NCBI RefSeq assembly: GCF_009834535.1
Contig: NC_045697.1
Location: 77,192,001-77,256,000, forward strand
From: Camelus ferus
Taxonomy: Eukaryota
DNA length: 64,000 nucleotides
Direction: 5' to 3'
A program made the position numbers and the translations under genes. Under the pieces are notes generated by a model, which did not search any database, had not been told where the DNA came from, and saw only the letters and a list, made by a program, of their open reading frames with translations. Positions 51,227 to 63,409 of this stretch are shown here, in pieces (the stretch's first letter is position 1; every line of letters begins with the position of its first letter).

Positions 51227-51935
51227 TGTCACTTATCAGTTTATTATCCCTCTGCTCCAAATTTACCCTTCTTTGCTTTGTGATATTGGCACTGGACCCT
51301 GTAAACTTTTCCCTTTTGCCCGCCGATGCGGCGTTAGGCTGCGTCAGTAGAGGGACTGGAGAGAGACCGCGGGACGCGAGCAGCGGGAAGTACAGGTGGC
51401 CCTTCAGCTGTGCGGGTTCGCTTACACGCCGATGCTCTTCAGTAGTAAGCAGTCCTGCCCGGTCCGCGGACGCCGCGGAGAGCTGCCTGTCAGTTGTGTG
51501 TGGGTTTGCACTGCGCAAGGGGTCGGCGCCCCAACCTGCACTCGTTGTTCAAGAGTCAGCTGCGCTTCCGTTCCCGGGTCTGATTCTCGGTTCTTCAGGC
51601 CAAGAATTCAGGGGTCCTCACAGACCAGTTTAAGCAACACCCTGGAACCTTCCTCTCCCCACCTGCCAGCTGTTTCTTAAGGCGCTCCAGCTGTATCCTG
51701 GGCCGCCTTCCCTCCGAGAGAGCTGTCTTGACAAACAGCAGGCGCCTTGCACAGCGCAGCGCCGGCTGGTGCTCTCCTGGAAGTTTCTGTGCCACCAGCA
51801 GCGGCGTGTTTCTCACTATGGGGTAGCCACACCCTCTTCGAAGGGGTCTGAACCTCAGCCTTGGGGAGAGAAAACTCCCCCGAGACCCCACTCTGCCTCA
51901 GCCTAGATGTGTTATTAAAGCCCAGAGTGCAGAGC
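51227..51935 (+). mobile_element. ERVL LTR33-like element, CpG-rich
   Basis: Start TATCAGTTTATTATCCCTCTGCTCCAAATTTACCCTT matches the recalled LTR33 5' end; later CTCAGCCTTGGGG / CTCAGCCTAG motifs. Confidence 0.65.
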
Positions 51936-51977
51936 ACAGACCTGAAGCAGGGCCTCCCTCTGTCACCGGCGTTTGGA

Positions 51978-52143
51978 GCAGAGAGCAGCAGACTTTTTTG
52001 GTAAAGTACCAGATAGTAAATCGTTCAGACTTTGTGAGCCACATATGGTATCTGTTGCATACTCACTCTTCATTTAAAAACAAACAAAAAACCCTTCAAA
52101 TTAAAAAAAAAAAAAGTTCATGGGCCATAGTTTGCTTACCCCT
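51978..52143. mobile_element. MER58-like MITE fragment
   Basis: GCAGACTTTTTTGGTAAAGTACCAGATAGTAAA...TGGGCCATAGTTTGC. Confidence 0.65.
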
Positions 52144-52224
52144 AATTTTTTAGTATGAATAAATTCTCACTTTTTTAAACTAGAGAAGTTTAACCTGAAC
52201 CAGACCTAAAACAGTGGGAATTTT

Positions 52225-52668
52225 AGATTTAGCATGGACTTTTGCATAGCAAATCACCGCAAAGCTAAGTGTCTTAAAACAGCAATAATGATTTGTTACT
52301 TTCACAGTTTGGTGTGGCGGGATCGGGGAGCAGCTTGGCTGGGCGGTTCTAGCTCAGTGTCTCCTGCTGGAGCTGCCGCCACGTGGCTGGCTGTCAGCTG
52401 GTGGCCTCAGTTCCTAGTCATGTTGACCTCTCCACTGGGTTTCTTGAGCATTTTCATAATGTGCTGCCCAGAAACAGTGATCCAAGAGACCAAGCAGCAG
52501 CCACAGTGCCTTTCATGACATAGCCTCGGAATTCACCTGTCATCACTTCTACGGTATTACGTTGGCCGCACAATTCAGCCCTAATTCAGTGTAGGAGGGC
52601 ATTACGGAAGGTTGTGAATACTGGGATGTGTGGATTATTGGGGACCATTTTGGAAGCTGGCTACCACA
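52225..52668 (-). mobile_element. MaLR LTR (MLT1G/H-like)
   Basis: GGCTGTCAGCTGG...ATTATTGGGGACCATTTTGGAAGCTGGCTACCACA. Confidence 0.75.
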
Positions 52669-55589
52669 AGACTTTTACATGTACTTGTTTGGAAGTGTAT
52701 GCAGTGATGCTTACTAAGTTAGTAGTGTTGACAAGAACAGAATCTTAGAAACCCAGCTCTTTATTTAGAAATCCGATTAATGAAATAATGTATAATTAAC
52801 ACACAATTACATATAAACAGCAGCTTCTAAAGTGCTCAATTTAGGTAAAATTATGCACAGTATAATGCACAGCTCTCTACTATCCATTTAGTCAAGTTCC
52901 TCTTAACCGCATTCCACTTCTTCCATCTGTAAAACGTGCAGGCATGCTGAGTTCTTGAGGCTCTTCCCATCAGTTGAATTGTTGACTTACCAAGAATCAA
53001 CTGTTCATTCCCAAGCATGTTTATATTGTATTTGTTATTGTAATTATGTACTTTATAAATGGTGTATAAACCAAAGAAATATGACTGTAAGTGTACCTTT
53101 ATGAAAATTAATTGAAATACTCTGGACAATTTAATAAATATGAGTTATTCAAATTTATTGTTGAATTAGATGTGGACAAGCCAACAGTGAAATCCCAGGG
53201 ACAAAAATCATGAAAATCTAGAAAAATTCTGAACTGAGATTGCTTCTCAGGAGTCCTAAAGGTCTTTCTTTAAAGAAATGGAAACTGGAGATGTCAGATG
53301 GTGCCTTATGGATAATGGTTTTTGTAGAATATCAATCAGTGGGTTCCCTCTCAAAGGAAAGACTTTAACTGTACAACAAAATATTGGCAAATGAATGAAA
53401 ATTTATTTGTTTTGGGTGTTAAAGTGTTTAAGATATGTTTGCACTATTCAGCATATTTCCTCTTATTACCAGCTAACTACTGGTCATAATTGCATTTGAT
53501 AAGAGGAACTCCCACATCTTAAACTAGAAAGGACTTTGGAAACGTGGTCTGAGGACTTATAGCTTGTGTTCCAGAGGAGCCTAGGGGTTTGGAAAATTTC
53601 TCTGGGATTCATCTTAGGGGGAGGTAAATTGGTGGGATGGGTAGGGAGAGTTACAGGGTGGTCAGCTCACTGGGGCTGTGGTCTTTCAGAGCAGTTTCTC
53701 ATCTATGTATTTTATACATTCCTCCTGGGTAGGAGTACATTTGGACATTCAAGGGTTTCACATTTAAAAAAATATTTGAAGCCACTTACCTTATTCAACT
53801 TATTAATTATATCCCTGAACAAGTCCTGAAAGAAGTTGTGGGATTTGCCCTTGCGAACGTGGCTAGAGTGAGTCAGTGAGAGAAGCACCAGGATAAAAGC
53901 CCCGGTGAGCTGATGCCCTGCGGTGCTTTGCTTCTTCGTGGTGCTCAGTCTCCTCGATAGATACAGTAGTTTCTGAGAGCATTCTTTGTTTGTTTTGACA
54001 TTCTTTCCTTTACAAGCCCTTTAACCTTATATTGCATTGAAATAAACTTTAACTGAATCTTGGCTAAATTTGAAGTGAAAGAAATCTAATGGGAATTTAC
54101 ATTACTGAAATAGTGAATTTCTGTTGTCAAAAACTGCTGTTTTGACAGATTAAATTAAACTCAGTTATATTTTATTAAATACTTTATTTCATCTTTTCCT
54201 GCATCAAGCCCATCAAGTCTCCGTTCTCCATTCCCTCCTTGTGTGAGTGCCTGCCTCCTTCCCTTCTCTTGACTCTGCTGAGCCTCCTCTCAGATTCCAC
54301 CCCCCTAGACCTTTCCTCCTTTTCGTCAAGGCATGTTTAAAGAATGTTTTTCTGCTCCAAATGACCATTGCACATGTAATATGCCCCATGCTTCTAAGCA
54401 ACCCCCTTTTTTTTTTCTTCTGAGGCTATGTTTTCACAGCCAGAGGGCTGGCTTCTTGAGGGCAGCATTCTGTCTCTGTTGTGGCTCCCCGTACAGTCCT
54501 AGACTAAAAGTCACTCTTCCATCCTGTGTTGGGTTAAATTGTCCTTGGTTTGCATATTATGGTTTCACAGGACCACCTTAAAAAAATAATCTTTTCTGTG
54601 CTTAGATCCTTGTCAGTTTCCTTTTTGTTTTTGTTTTTTTTCCTAAAAGAAATTATTGGATGCCAGTAGACCTAAAAGAGCATCTTGCCATAAGATGTGT
54701 TCTGCTTTATAGTTATTTTCAGGAGTGACTGATGACATTTTTAGTTGGTTTTTAGTTTTTCTCCTCTTGGAGTTGTCTGTCATTGCCAGGTTTTGTTGCA
54801 GTGCCATCTTGATAGATATCAGGGCATGGTGACCAAGTGAATGTCGGGCTCTGAGGCTCATACTCCCAACTGATGACTATGAAACTATGATGGAGGCAGA
54901 AAGGGGTGAGGTTAGAAAGTAGAGATGTAAGGGGCAGATGGAAGATAGAAGTGCATACATTGTATTTTGGAAGGAGTCCAAAATGAAATATATATAATTA
55001 TAAATTCATAACATTAGAATTGACAGAAGCAAAGAAATATCTGTTAAAGTTTAAATCATGTTGGCTTTCAGTCAAACTCTTTTGTTTTTCATTTATTTGA
55101 ATAGGGCACAATATTTTACAAGGAATTTTTAAAAGAAACCCTGACTATGTCATTAAATAGGCCCACAGTGGTATAGATTGAAAGCGTTCTGTGTATTGGT
55201 TTTGCAGATCCATGAGCAGAGTTCCCGCTGTGCTGACCCACAGCCTCAGCCTCCTATCCTCTCCAACACCCAGGCATCAAAGCGAGGAAGCCGACTTGAT
55301 TAGCTCCATCTGGCCAGAACTCTTCATTCTTGATTCTCTTCCTTTCAGATAATTCTTGACAATAATTAGTTTAGATAAGGAGCAAATAATTGGTTATGTA
55401 CCTCCCATGTAAAGTTTTCCTTCCTAAGTGATTTCTCTCTCTGGGGCTCTATTTTACTGTATTCTCTCCATTGTTATCTGTGCTTTCATTATTCCTGTAC
55501 TAAGTCTGTTGTAAAGAATTCTCACAAATGAGAATTTAAATGTCATTTCAGGAGTCCAGTTCAAATTTAGCTGAGCATCTTGAATAATA

Positions 55590-56146
55590 GTCATATAGGA
55601 AGTGCATTGTCCCTAAGTCTAATGAATTTTCAGAGTGAACATTGCTATGCTGTTAGAGCCCAGTTCAAGAAACAATATTACCAGCACCCTAGAAGCCCCC
55701 TCATGTTGCCTGTTAGTCGCTGCCTAAACCCTGAAGTATAACCACCATCCTGCCTTCTAACAGCATGGTTTACTTTTGCCTATTTTTTGCAACTTACATA
55801 AATGGAATCTTAGAACATATACTCTTTGTACTGTGTCGCTTAACGTATTTGTGAGATTCATCCATGCTGTTGCATTGCTAAAGTCTTGCATCTGATGAAT
55901 ATACCTCAGTTTATTTATTGTATTGATGATGAAGATTTCTGTAGCTTCCAATGTTTGCTTATTATAGAGAGTGCTTCTAGGAATGTTCTTATGTTTGTCT
56001 TTTGAGCACATACGCAATTTCTTCTCCTGGTTTATATCTGGGAGTGGAATTTCTGGGTCATTAGGTAACGTGTGTATTTGGAGATAACTGCCAGCTTTTA
56101 GAGTGGTAGCTGGCACACTCACCAGCAGTGTATGAGAGTTCCAGTT
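55590..56146 (-). mobile_element. Old L1 (L1ME-like) 3' region
   Basis: GTGAGATTCATCCATGCTGTTGCA...GGAGTGGAATTTCTGGGTCA...CACCAGCAGTGTATGAGAGTTCCAGTT. Confidence 0.75.
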
Positions 56147-56169
56147 TGAACATAGATTTAGTCTCAGAT

Positions 56170-57080
56170 TCCTAGCCTGGGGATCTGGCCCAACGTGGAG
56201 CAGATGTCTGGTCAGTTGTGATGAAGGGACTGGGGATATCACATAATACAGACATGGTTTGGGGGACCCCACCATTGCTACACTCTAGGTGGAATTAGAG
56301 GCAGTTTTTAGAAAATGGAGGATTGTGTGAGCTAGGTAGATATCCCAAAAAGCTTCAACATATGTACAAATTAGATGGACAAAGGAGGCTCTGAATTGGA
56401 GATACATACAACTTTGAGTCATCAGCAAAAATAACGAAGTTGAAGCCATGTGACTAGGTGAGATTCCCCAAAGAGAATACACAGAGTGAGGTGGGAGCAG
56501 ATAGCCTAGGCTGGAACTCTGGAAAACACCAACATTTAAAGGATGACAAGAAGAGGACTCTCTGAAGGAGGCTGAGAAGATACAATCAGAGATCTCGGGA
56601 ACGTGGTATCATGGAGGCCAAAACAGAGAATGTTTCAAGGAGAGAGTGATCAAAAGTGGCCATTTGCTTCTGTGAAGTCAGTGACTAAAAAGTTTTCAGT
56701 TGCTCTGGAAACAAGGAGAGCAGAGGCCTTCTGAGATTAATTTCAGGGAATGATGGAACAGAAGCCAGGTTGTAATAGGTAAAGAATGAGTGAAAGCTAA
56801 GTAAGACAGCAAACGTGACCAGCCCTTTCATATCACTTAGCTAAGAAGCGAGAAGCGGGTGGGGATGTAGAGAAGATGGTAAGAAGGTAGGAGAGGCAGG
56901 AGCAAGCTTACCTGCTGGTGGGGAGAGATCTGATGGAGAAGATACTCAGCAAAGTGAGGTCTCTAGTGTAGCAGGAAGGGTTGGGCTCCCAAGCTCAGGA
57001 GAAGTGTGTTAGCCTTAGGGAGACACAGAAAGACTTTATCCCGGTAACAATGAGAAAGCAGGGAAGGATGGCTGGATTGG
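56170..57080 (-). mobile_element. L2 LINE remnant
   Basis: TGAGTCATCAGC...GAAGTTGAAGCCATG...AACACCAACATTTAAAGG...GAATGTTTCAAGGAG. Confidence 0.7.
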
Positions 57081-57464
57081 TGCAGAACTTTGAAGGAGCT
57101 GGGTGGCTCAGCACACGACTGCTGCTCAGGAGGTATTTGTTAAATTAACTGTTGACTGAACAACTTTGTATTTTTATGTGTTATATACCGCAGTTGCATT
57201 GATCAGGTCCCTGCACATCCAGATCTCCCGTGAAAAGGGATCTGCTGCAGAGCTTCTGTCACTCAGGGGAGCAGTCACTTCCACGTCCGCCACAACAGAG
57301 TGTGCAATAGCCTGGAATTATGTGCTTGCTAAAGAATTCCGGGTATGTTCCCTTTATCAGGTGCCCATCGGTTTCCCATTATGGAACCACTACCTTTGTC
57401 ATACAAAGCTCTTCAGGTACTTCTGCAGTATATAAAGTTGTGACTATAAACATAGACACTGATT

Positions 57465-57625
57465 TAAATAAATATGTGTATATATTCGTTCTAACATGTA
57501 TATAAATATATACATATTATGTATATACATGTGTAAATACACAAATATACGTAAATGTATACATAATGCGTAAGTATATACACATATGTATAAATGTATA
57601 CGTATTAGACCATACATAGCTAAAT
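57465..57625. repeat. Degenerate (TA)/(TACA) low-complexity tract
   Basis: Alternating purine-pyrimidine AT-rich run. Confidence 0.8.
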
Positions 57626-59066
57626 AAATACCTTTAGTTTGGGAAAACAGATAATAATTATATTGACTTTGCAAAATATTATGACTGCATCTTGGAGTTG
57701 TTTTTAGACCTTGAGCCATGTTATTTTGAGTATCTTTAATAGTGATAAGCACTTACAATTTGATAGTTCTGAATAGCCAGATGTTGTTAGGAACCAAGCC
57801 TGGTGCTTTTTCTTATTCAGCTTCCAGCTTGTGTCTTAAATCTTTTTAAAGTAAATTACATGCTCTAATGATATCTGTGGGATACAACTGAGCGATCCCT
57901 GAAAAAAAGCAGTAATAACGGAGTTTTCACTTGAGGATGTGGAAAGGGCAAATCGCAGCACCATATTATTGTCGAAAGCCTCATACTGAGACTAGCGTCA
58001 CAGTGGGGTGCTTTTGGAGCAGAGTAATTAAAGTCCTCCTCAAGAGGCTTTTATTTAGCAGTATTCTGTTTTCATTTTATTTTTCTGTATCAGTGTATCA
58101 CTGTTGCCTTTCAGCTAAGAAATTTAAATATGAACGCTTCTCTCTGATTTATATTCATTATGTAAGTTATGCTAGTTCCTGCTGTTGTCCTTGGCAGGTC
58201 AGTGTCTCCCTTCACCCCACGTCAAATAGTTGTTTCCTTTTCGAAGTCATGCTGCTGCATCTTTATATTTTCAAATGAGCTGGGCTTCTTTTGGGGTCAT
58301 ACGTTCTATTTCTCGATACTTGACATTTTCCAAATGCATGTAGAATGTCAGGTTGGAGCACAAAAAGCTGCTATTGCCACTCTGAAAGGATGAAAATAGT
58401 GAATTTTTTTAAACTGATTTTTTTTCCTTCAGTCACACTCAGTGACGTGTTTTTAGTTAAAAGGCAGTGTAGTGGAGTTGTTGTGATATATTCTCTACTA
58501 GACTTTAATACTGAAAGTAATTGATCATTTGTTAACATTCAGGAGAAGCAGTATTATTCAAATTTGACTGTATAGGTAAGTTTGTTTAACAGATAACTGA
58601 TGCTGTCCTGAAAATGTGAGCCCCCTGACTGGATTAGTAAGTGATCGACTTCTCAAGATGGGTCATGGGTGGGATGTAAATTGAAAGAAGGTGCTGAGTT
58701 TGGGTGAGTCAATCTTGAAATAATTGACTTCTGCATGTGTAGTAGTTTGTGTACGTTTTCACAATGGTCTTTTAATAATACTCTTCTAAGAAAGGGTTGT
58801 CATAGGATGAATATGATAGTTTCTTTTTTAAGCTTTATTGACATGTCACAAGAATGCCAATAGTCTTAGAGTTTCTGAATACGAACTTGTAAAGGGTACA
58901 TAAAATTTTTAATTAAAAAAAAATTTCAATTCCCTAAGTAACCATAGTTCTCCACTGGCATGCAAAAAAGTTTTATTTAATGTTTGATCCCTTGTTAAGG
59001 GGAACTTGTCAGTTCTCTCTATAAATGATAGTTTTGAGATTTGCCTGCACTTACTGTTTTTAGCAC

Positions 59067-60600
59067 TGTTTTATTTTGAAATAATTGCAGATTTATAGAA
59101 AAGTTGTAAGGTTTTGTTTCTGAACTGTTTGAGAGTAAGTTGTTGACATGGTGCCATTCCCTCTCAAACACAAGAACATTCTCCAGCTTAACCATAAACA
59201 ACCAGCAGAATCAGAAAACTAACATTACCACTATCTAATTCTTAGACCCTGTTCACATTTTGTCAATTTTCCCAGTAATATTCCCTGTTGCAAAAAATTC
59301 AGAATTACACTTGAATTTAGCTGTCTTGTCTCCAATATGGAATATTATCACATTATTTCCTTGACTTTCAACGATTTTGACTCCTTAGAAGATTACAGTT
59401 ATTTTGTAGACTGTTTCTGTTTAGGCCTGTCCCGTGTTTCCCTGGGGTTTGATTCAGACTAAACATCCTTGTCAGGAGTCCCACGAAAGTGCTGCGTGTG
59501 TCCCTCATGCTGCGCGATGGCAGTTTGCCCCATGACTGACAGTGTGCACTTTGATCACTTGATTAAGGTGGTGTCTGCCAGACTTCCTCCCTTTGCACTT
59601 GCTGTCTTTCCCTTGGTATCTTGTGTGGAGGCATATTAAAACTACATAAATGTCTTGTTCCTTATCACACTTTAATCTTACTTATTTACTTAATTATATC
59701 AGAGTGGACTCATGGTTTCCTGTTTTCTTCAATGGATTATAATCTGTTACTATCATTATTGATTTTAATGCTCAGATGGTCCTGGATTTGATCACTGGGA
59801 CTCCCTGCAAGCTGACTGGTGCCCCCTTTTGACATGTCTCCCATTGTTCATTGAGCACTTCCTTGCTTTCTAAGCTCATCTTGTCCTCTCCATGCCCCAG
59901 CCCTGGAATTAGTCATGTCTCCAGGGGGCTCTGGTTCCTTTTGGATAAGAATGGTATTTAGAAGCCCAGACCTGGCTGCTCAGTACGCTCATTATTGAGA
60001 GTGTTATTCCCCATAGTCCCCTCAAAAGTTATTTTTTATTTGTTTATTTATATGAAAATATAAATATATAAATTTAAATCTTTTATATTTATATACACAT
60101 ACATTAAATATTTGCATCCTTTTTAGAAGTTCTGTGTTCATGTTGTTAGTTTTATTTATTTATGTTTTTCCATATTAAAAACCATGAATTCATACCAATA
60201 CTTCCAATTTCATTCCAGTACTACAGGGTTCATTCTAGTGCTCTCTCTTTCCATAGTGTAGCTCCCTTCTTTGACGGAATAGATATGGTTATTCTTGATC
60301 TAGTTGCTTGTTGGGTCAGTTTTCTGGTGTGTGACAGCCTCTCACCTCTGCCACCACACCTTCCCCTGCACGGATACGTTCCTCACCTGGTTCTGAGCCG
60401 ACCTTCCATGGGGATGCCCTCCTCACCCCATTCAGGCTCTGCTACCCCACACGAACCCCGCTTGCACTACGTGGACGCCCTCTTTGCCGGGCTGAGGCTC
60501 GGACACCCTGGTGCCGGCTGCCCCGCTGCGGGGATGCCCTCCCGCCACTCTCGGGTGCAGACTCCCCACCTCGGGCCACTCCTCTTCCCACACATACCCT
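59067..60600 (-). mobile_element. L1MC-like 3' region
   Basis: TTTATTTTGAAATAATTGCAGATTTATAGAAAAGTTG...TTTGATCACTTGATTAAGGTGGTGTCTGCCAG...CCATGAATTCATACCAATAC. Confidence 0.75.
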
Positions 60601-60699
60601 TCTCAGAATAAATCCTTAAAGAAATGTGATGCGTCCCAAGTAGGAAAATGAAGTTAGATCTTTACCTGACACACGATGGTGAAACTGTAGAACCCCAGA

Positions 60700-61385
60700 A
60701 GCAGAAAGGGAGAAAAAAAACTTTCAGAAAATCTTAATTTTACACAAGATGTGTTAATGGAGGCCAGAAGGCAAAAGAATATCTTCAAAGTTCTGAGGGG
60801 AAATAACAACCTGGAAGTTTATATCCAGTAAACTATCATTTTCAATAAAATTAAGTCTGAGCGATTAAAAGATTCTTACTGAAAGTTTTTCTCAGGAAGC
60901 AGGAAAGTGAACATATAAGAAAACAGGATGTAAGAAGAAATGGAGAGCAAAATAGTTGGAAAACTTACAGATGAATCTAAGAGACAATTACTATGTAAAA
61001 CAGTCAAGATGTCAATTTGGGAGTTGTAAAAAGTAAGGTATTGTGATTGTGATTGATACTGTCTAAGATCCTTGTTCCTGTTCAGCAGTAGGGTAGAAAA
61101 ATAAACTACCCTCGAAACTAAGTAAGAATGTCTCAGAATGTAAAGGGCAAACACTGAAAGGATAGAAGGAAAAAAAAAAAAAACCCACACCATGTGTACT
61201 TCCAAACCAGTAGAGAGAAAGTAATATAAAGAAAGAGTTAAATTATTAGAAGACAAGAAAGAAGAAGGAAGCAAAAGAAAATCAGGATAAATAGAAAACA
61301 CAAAATAAGAAGACAGATATCCAAATTTATTCAAGATAACAATAAATGTAAACAGATTAAACTCAACAGTAAAAAGGACAGAAAT
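60700..61385 (+). mobile_element. Old L1 ORF1 end / ORF2 start remnant
   Basis: AATGGAGGCCAGAAGG...ATATCTTCAAAGTTCTGAG...TATATCCAGTAAACTATCATT and AAATGTAAACAGATTAAACTC. Confidence 0.65.
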
Positions 61386-62154
61386 CGAATTTATAACAGA
61401 CGGGGTTTACTACTCACACACAGGCTCTCAGTGAAAGCACTGCTCAGAATTTAACATGGATGGAATAAGAATGCAGAAGAAATATTGAACAAGGAAATGG
61501 GTAAAATATGAGCTTCAAAAAAGAAGAAATCTCAATCATTTTAAACCGTATTTGATGTACCCCACCTACTGTGGAGTTCTGTGGAATGTGTGAAGCAAGC
61601 ACACAAACTCCTTAGTTACATAACTGTTTTGCTTTGAAGCTTCTCCTTGAGTTCATTAGTTTTCCACCCTGTGGTGCATCATGATTTTCTGTAGAACCTC
61701 ACACTGAGCTCCCAGCTTTCATGATTTCTTTTTGCTTCCCTGGACAAAACAAAAATCAAATGGCTATACAGCAGCTCTCTTTTGATGAACTCTTCTGACT
61801 TGTCTCGAGATTTATATTTTAAATCTGCCTAGCAAAAATGGCATTTGTAGCACACAGTAGGCAGTTCTCTTAATTAATACTCCAGTCTCTTTCAGGTACT
61901 GCATGAGTCATCGCTGTTAAAATAAATTTTTCTTTTTGATCTGGGCAGACCAAGAAGAGTAGTTAATACACAAGACTGAAACAGAAAAGAAACAGGAGTA
62001 GTACCTACAGCACTTGGCTGGTAACCAGCAATAACTTTCACCTGTTGACTTGCACTGTCTCAGCCAGGCCACATTTGTATCCCTTCTGATAAGCACTTGG
62101 CATATAAGCCAGTTCTCTCGACTGACCTCAGCAGGACCCCTGAAATTATATTCT

Positions 62155-62155
<1 letters not shown>

Positions 62156-62187
<32 letters not shown>

Positions 62188-62285
62188 TCCTTGGTTCCTT
62201 CGTTCCTTCCTCCCCTCGGTCCCTCCCTCCCTCCATCTCTCCCTCCATCTCTCTCTCCCTCCCCCTCTGTCCTTTCTCTTCTTCA
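62156..62285. repeat. (TG)n microsatellite followed by a CT-rich tract
   Basis: About 13 TG units followed by CCTT/CCCT repeats. Confidence 0.9.
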
Positions 62286-62859
62286 TCCAACAAGGAAATG
62301 CTTTTGAGAGCAAAATTGTAAAGAAAGATTACAACCCAGAGAGAAAATGTTAGGCTAATTTGCTTTCCCTGCTCTAGTCTGTTACAAAACATTGAAATAT
62401 TAGAGTGTATTGGCCAAAAACAAATTATTTGCAACTAATAAATTAGTTTCAGCATTATTGTATGAATGCAATTGCTTAATATTTGTTTGTAATAGAAGCA
62501 CCTAATATCTTTTCCCTCTGATTCAGATCACTGGTACCTGGGAGCCTTCTTTACTTGGGTTTCAATAGTGTGGAGCTGGTTTTAACAGCTGTTTCTGTCT
62601 TCCTAGGACCCCTGCCTTACTCTTCATTTGGAGACAGAGCCCACTGCTCCCTGCAGGTGTGGGCACAGCACACGGTAACCTGAGCCAGGTGCAGTTCCCC
62701 ATTCCTTTTGCCACCAGGGTGACAGTCCAGCAAAGCAATTTAAAGAGTCGGGGCTTCTAACAGCTTGACTGTGTCACTTATTAGCTGTGTGACTGTAGAC
62801 AGACTACTTAGTCTCCCTGTGTTCCAGTATTCTGATAATTAAAATATGAGAAATAACCT

Positions 62860-63200
62860 GCACATGGATGTTTGTAGCAGCTTTATTCATAACTGCCAAA
62901 ACTTGGAAGCATCCAAGTAAGTTAGTCGATAAATTATGGTACATCCAGGCAGAGGAATATTATTTACACTAAAAAGAAATGAGCAATATAGACAATAGTA
63001 TTAGAATCATTGAACTTGCTGAGAGACTAGATCTTAATTATTCCCACCACAAAAAAGAAATGAAAATTACATGATATAATACGGAAAGGAATGTACACAT
63101 ATGGATAAATGAATCACTGTGCTGTTCACCAGAAATTAACACAACATTGTAAATCAACTCGAACCCATTAAAAAAAATAAAGTCTACATAAAAAAAGAAA
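62860..63200 (+). mobile_element. Stacked L1 3' fragments
   Basis: ATGTTTGTAGCAGCTTTATTCATAACTGCCAAAACTTGGAAGC; ACACAACATTGTAAATCAAC plus A-tail. Confidence 0.7.
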
Positions 63201-63409
63201 TGGGGAAGAGGCATGCTGGGTTAGCCCCACAGCTTGTTTACCAACTCCAGCTCTCTAGTGACTTCGTATTGTCAGTGCAGAGTTAATTTTCATGATAAGT
63301 TAAGTGATAAATACATTTGAATGGAAAAAAGGATAGGAAGCAATAGTGTGTACCTCAAATGTTTGCTATGAAGATTAAATAAGATACTGCATGTAAAACA
63401 TTTAGTTAA

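Noticed and set aside
55209..55350. Possible exon after TTTTGCAG
   Set aside because: No good donor nearby and no recognisable peptide.
55757..56275. 172-aa minus-strand ORF
   Set aside because: Lies in decayed L1 and L2 sequence; a chance open frame.
60876..61334. 152-aa hydrophobic ORF resembling a membrane protein
   Set aside because: Antisense of an A-rich L1 remnant; T-rich codons mimic hydrophobicity.
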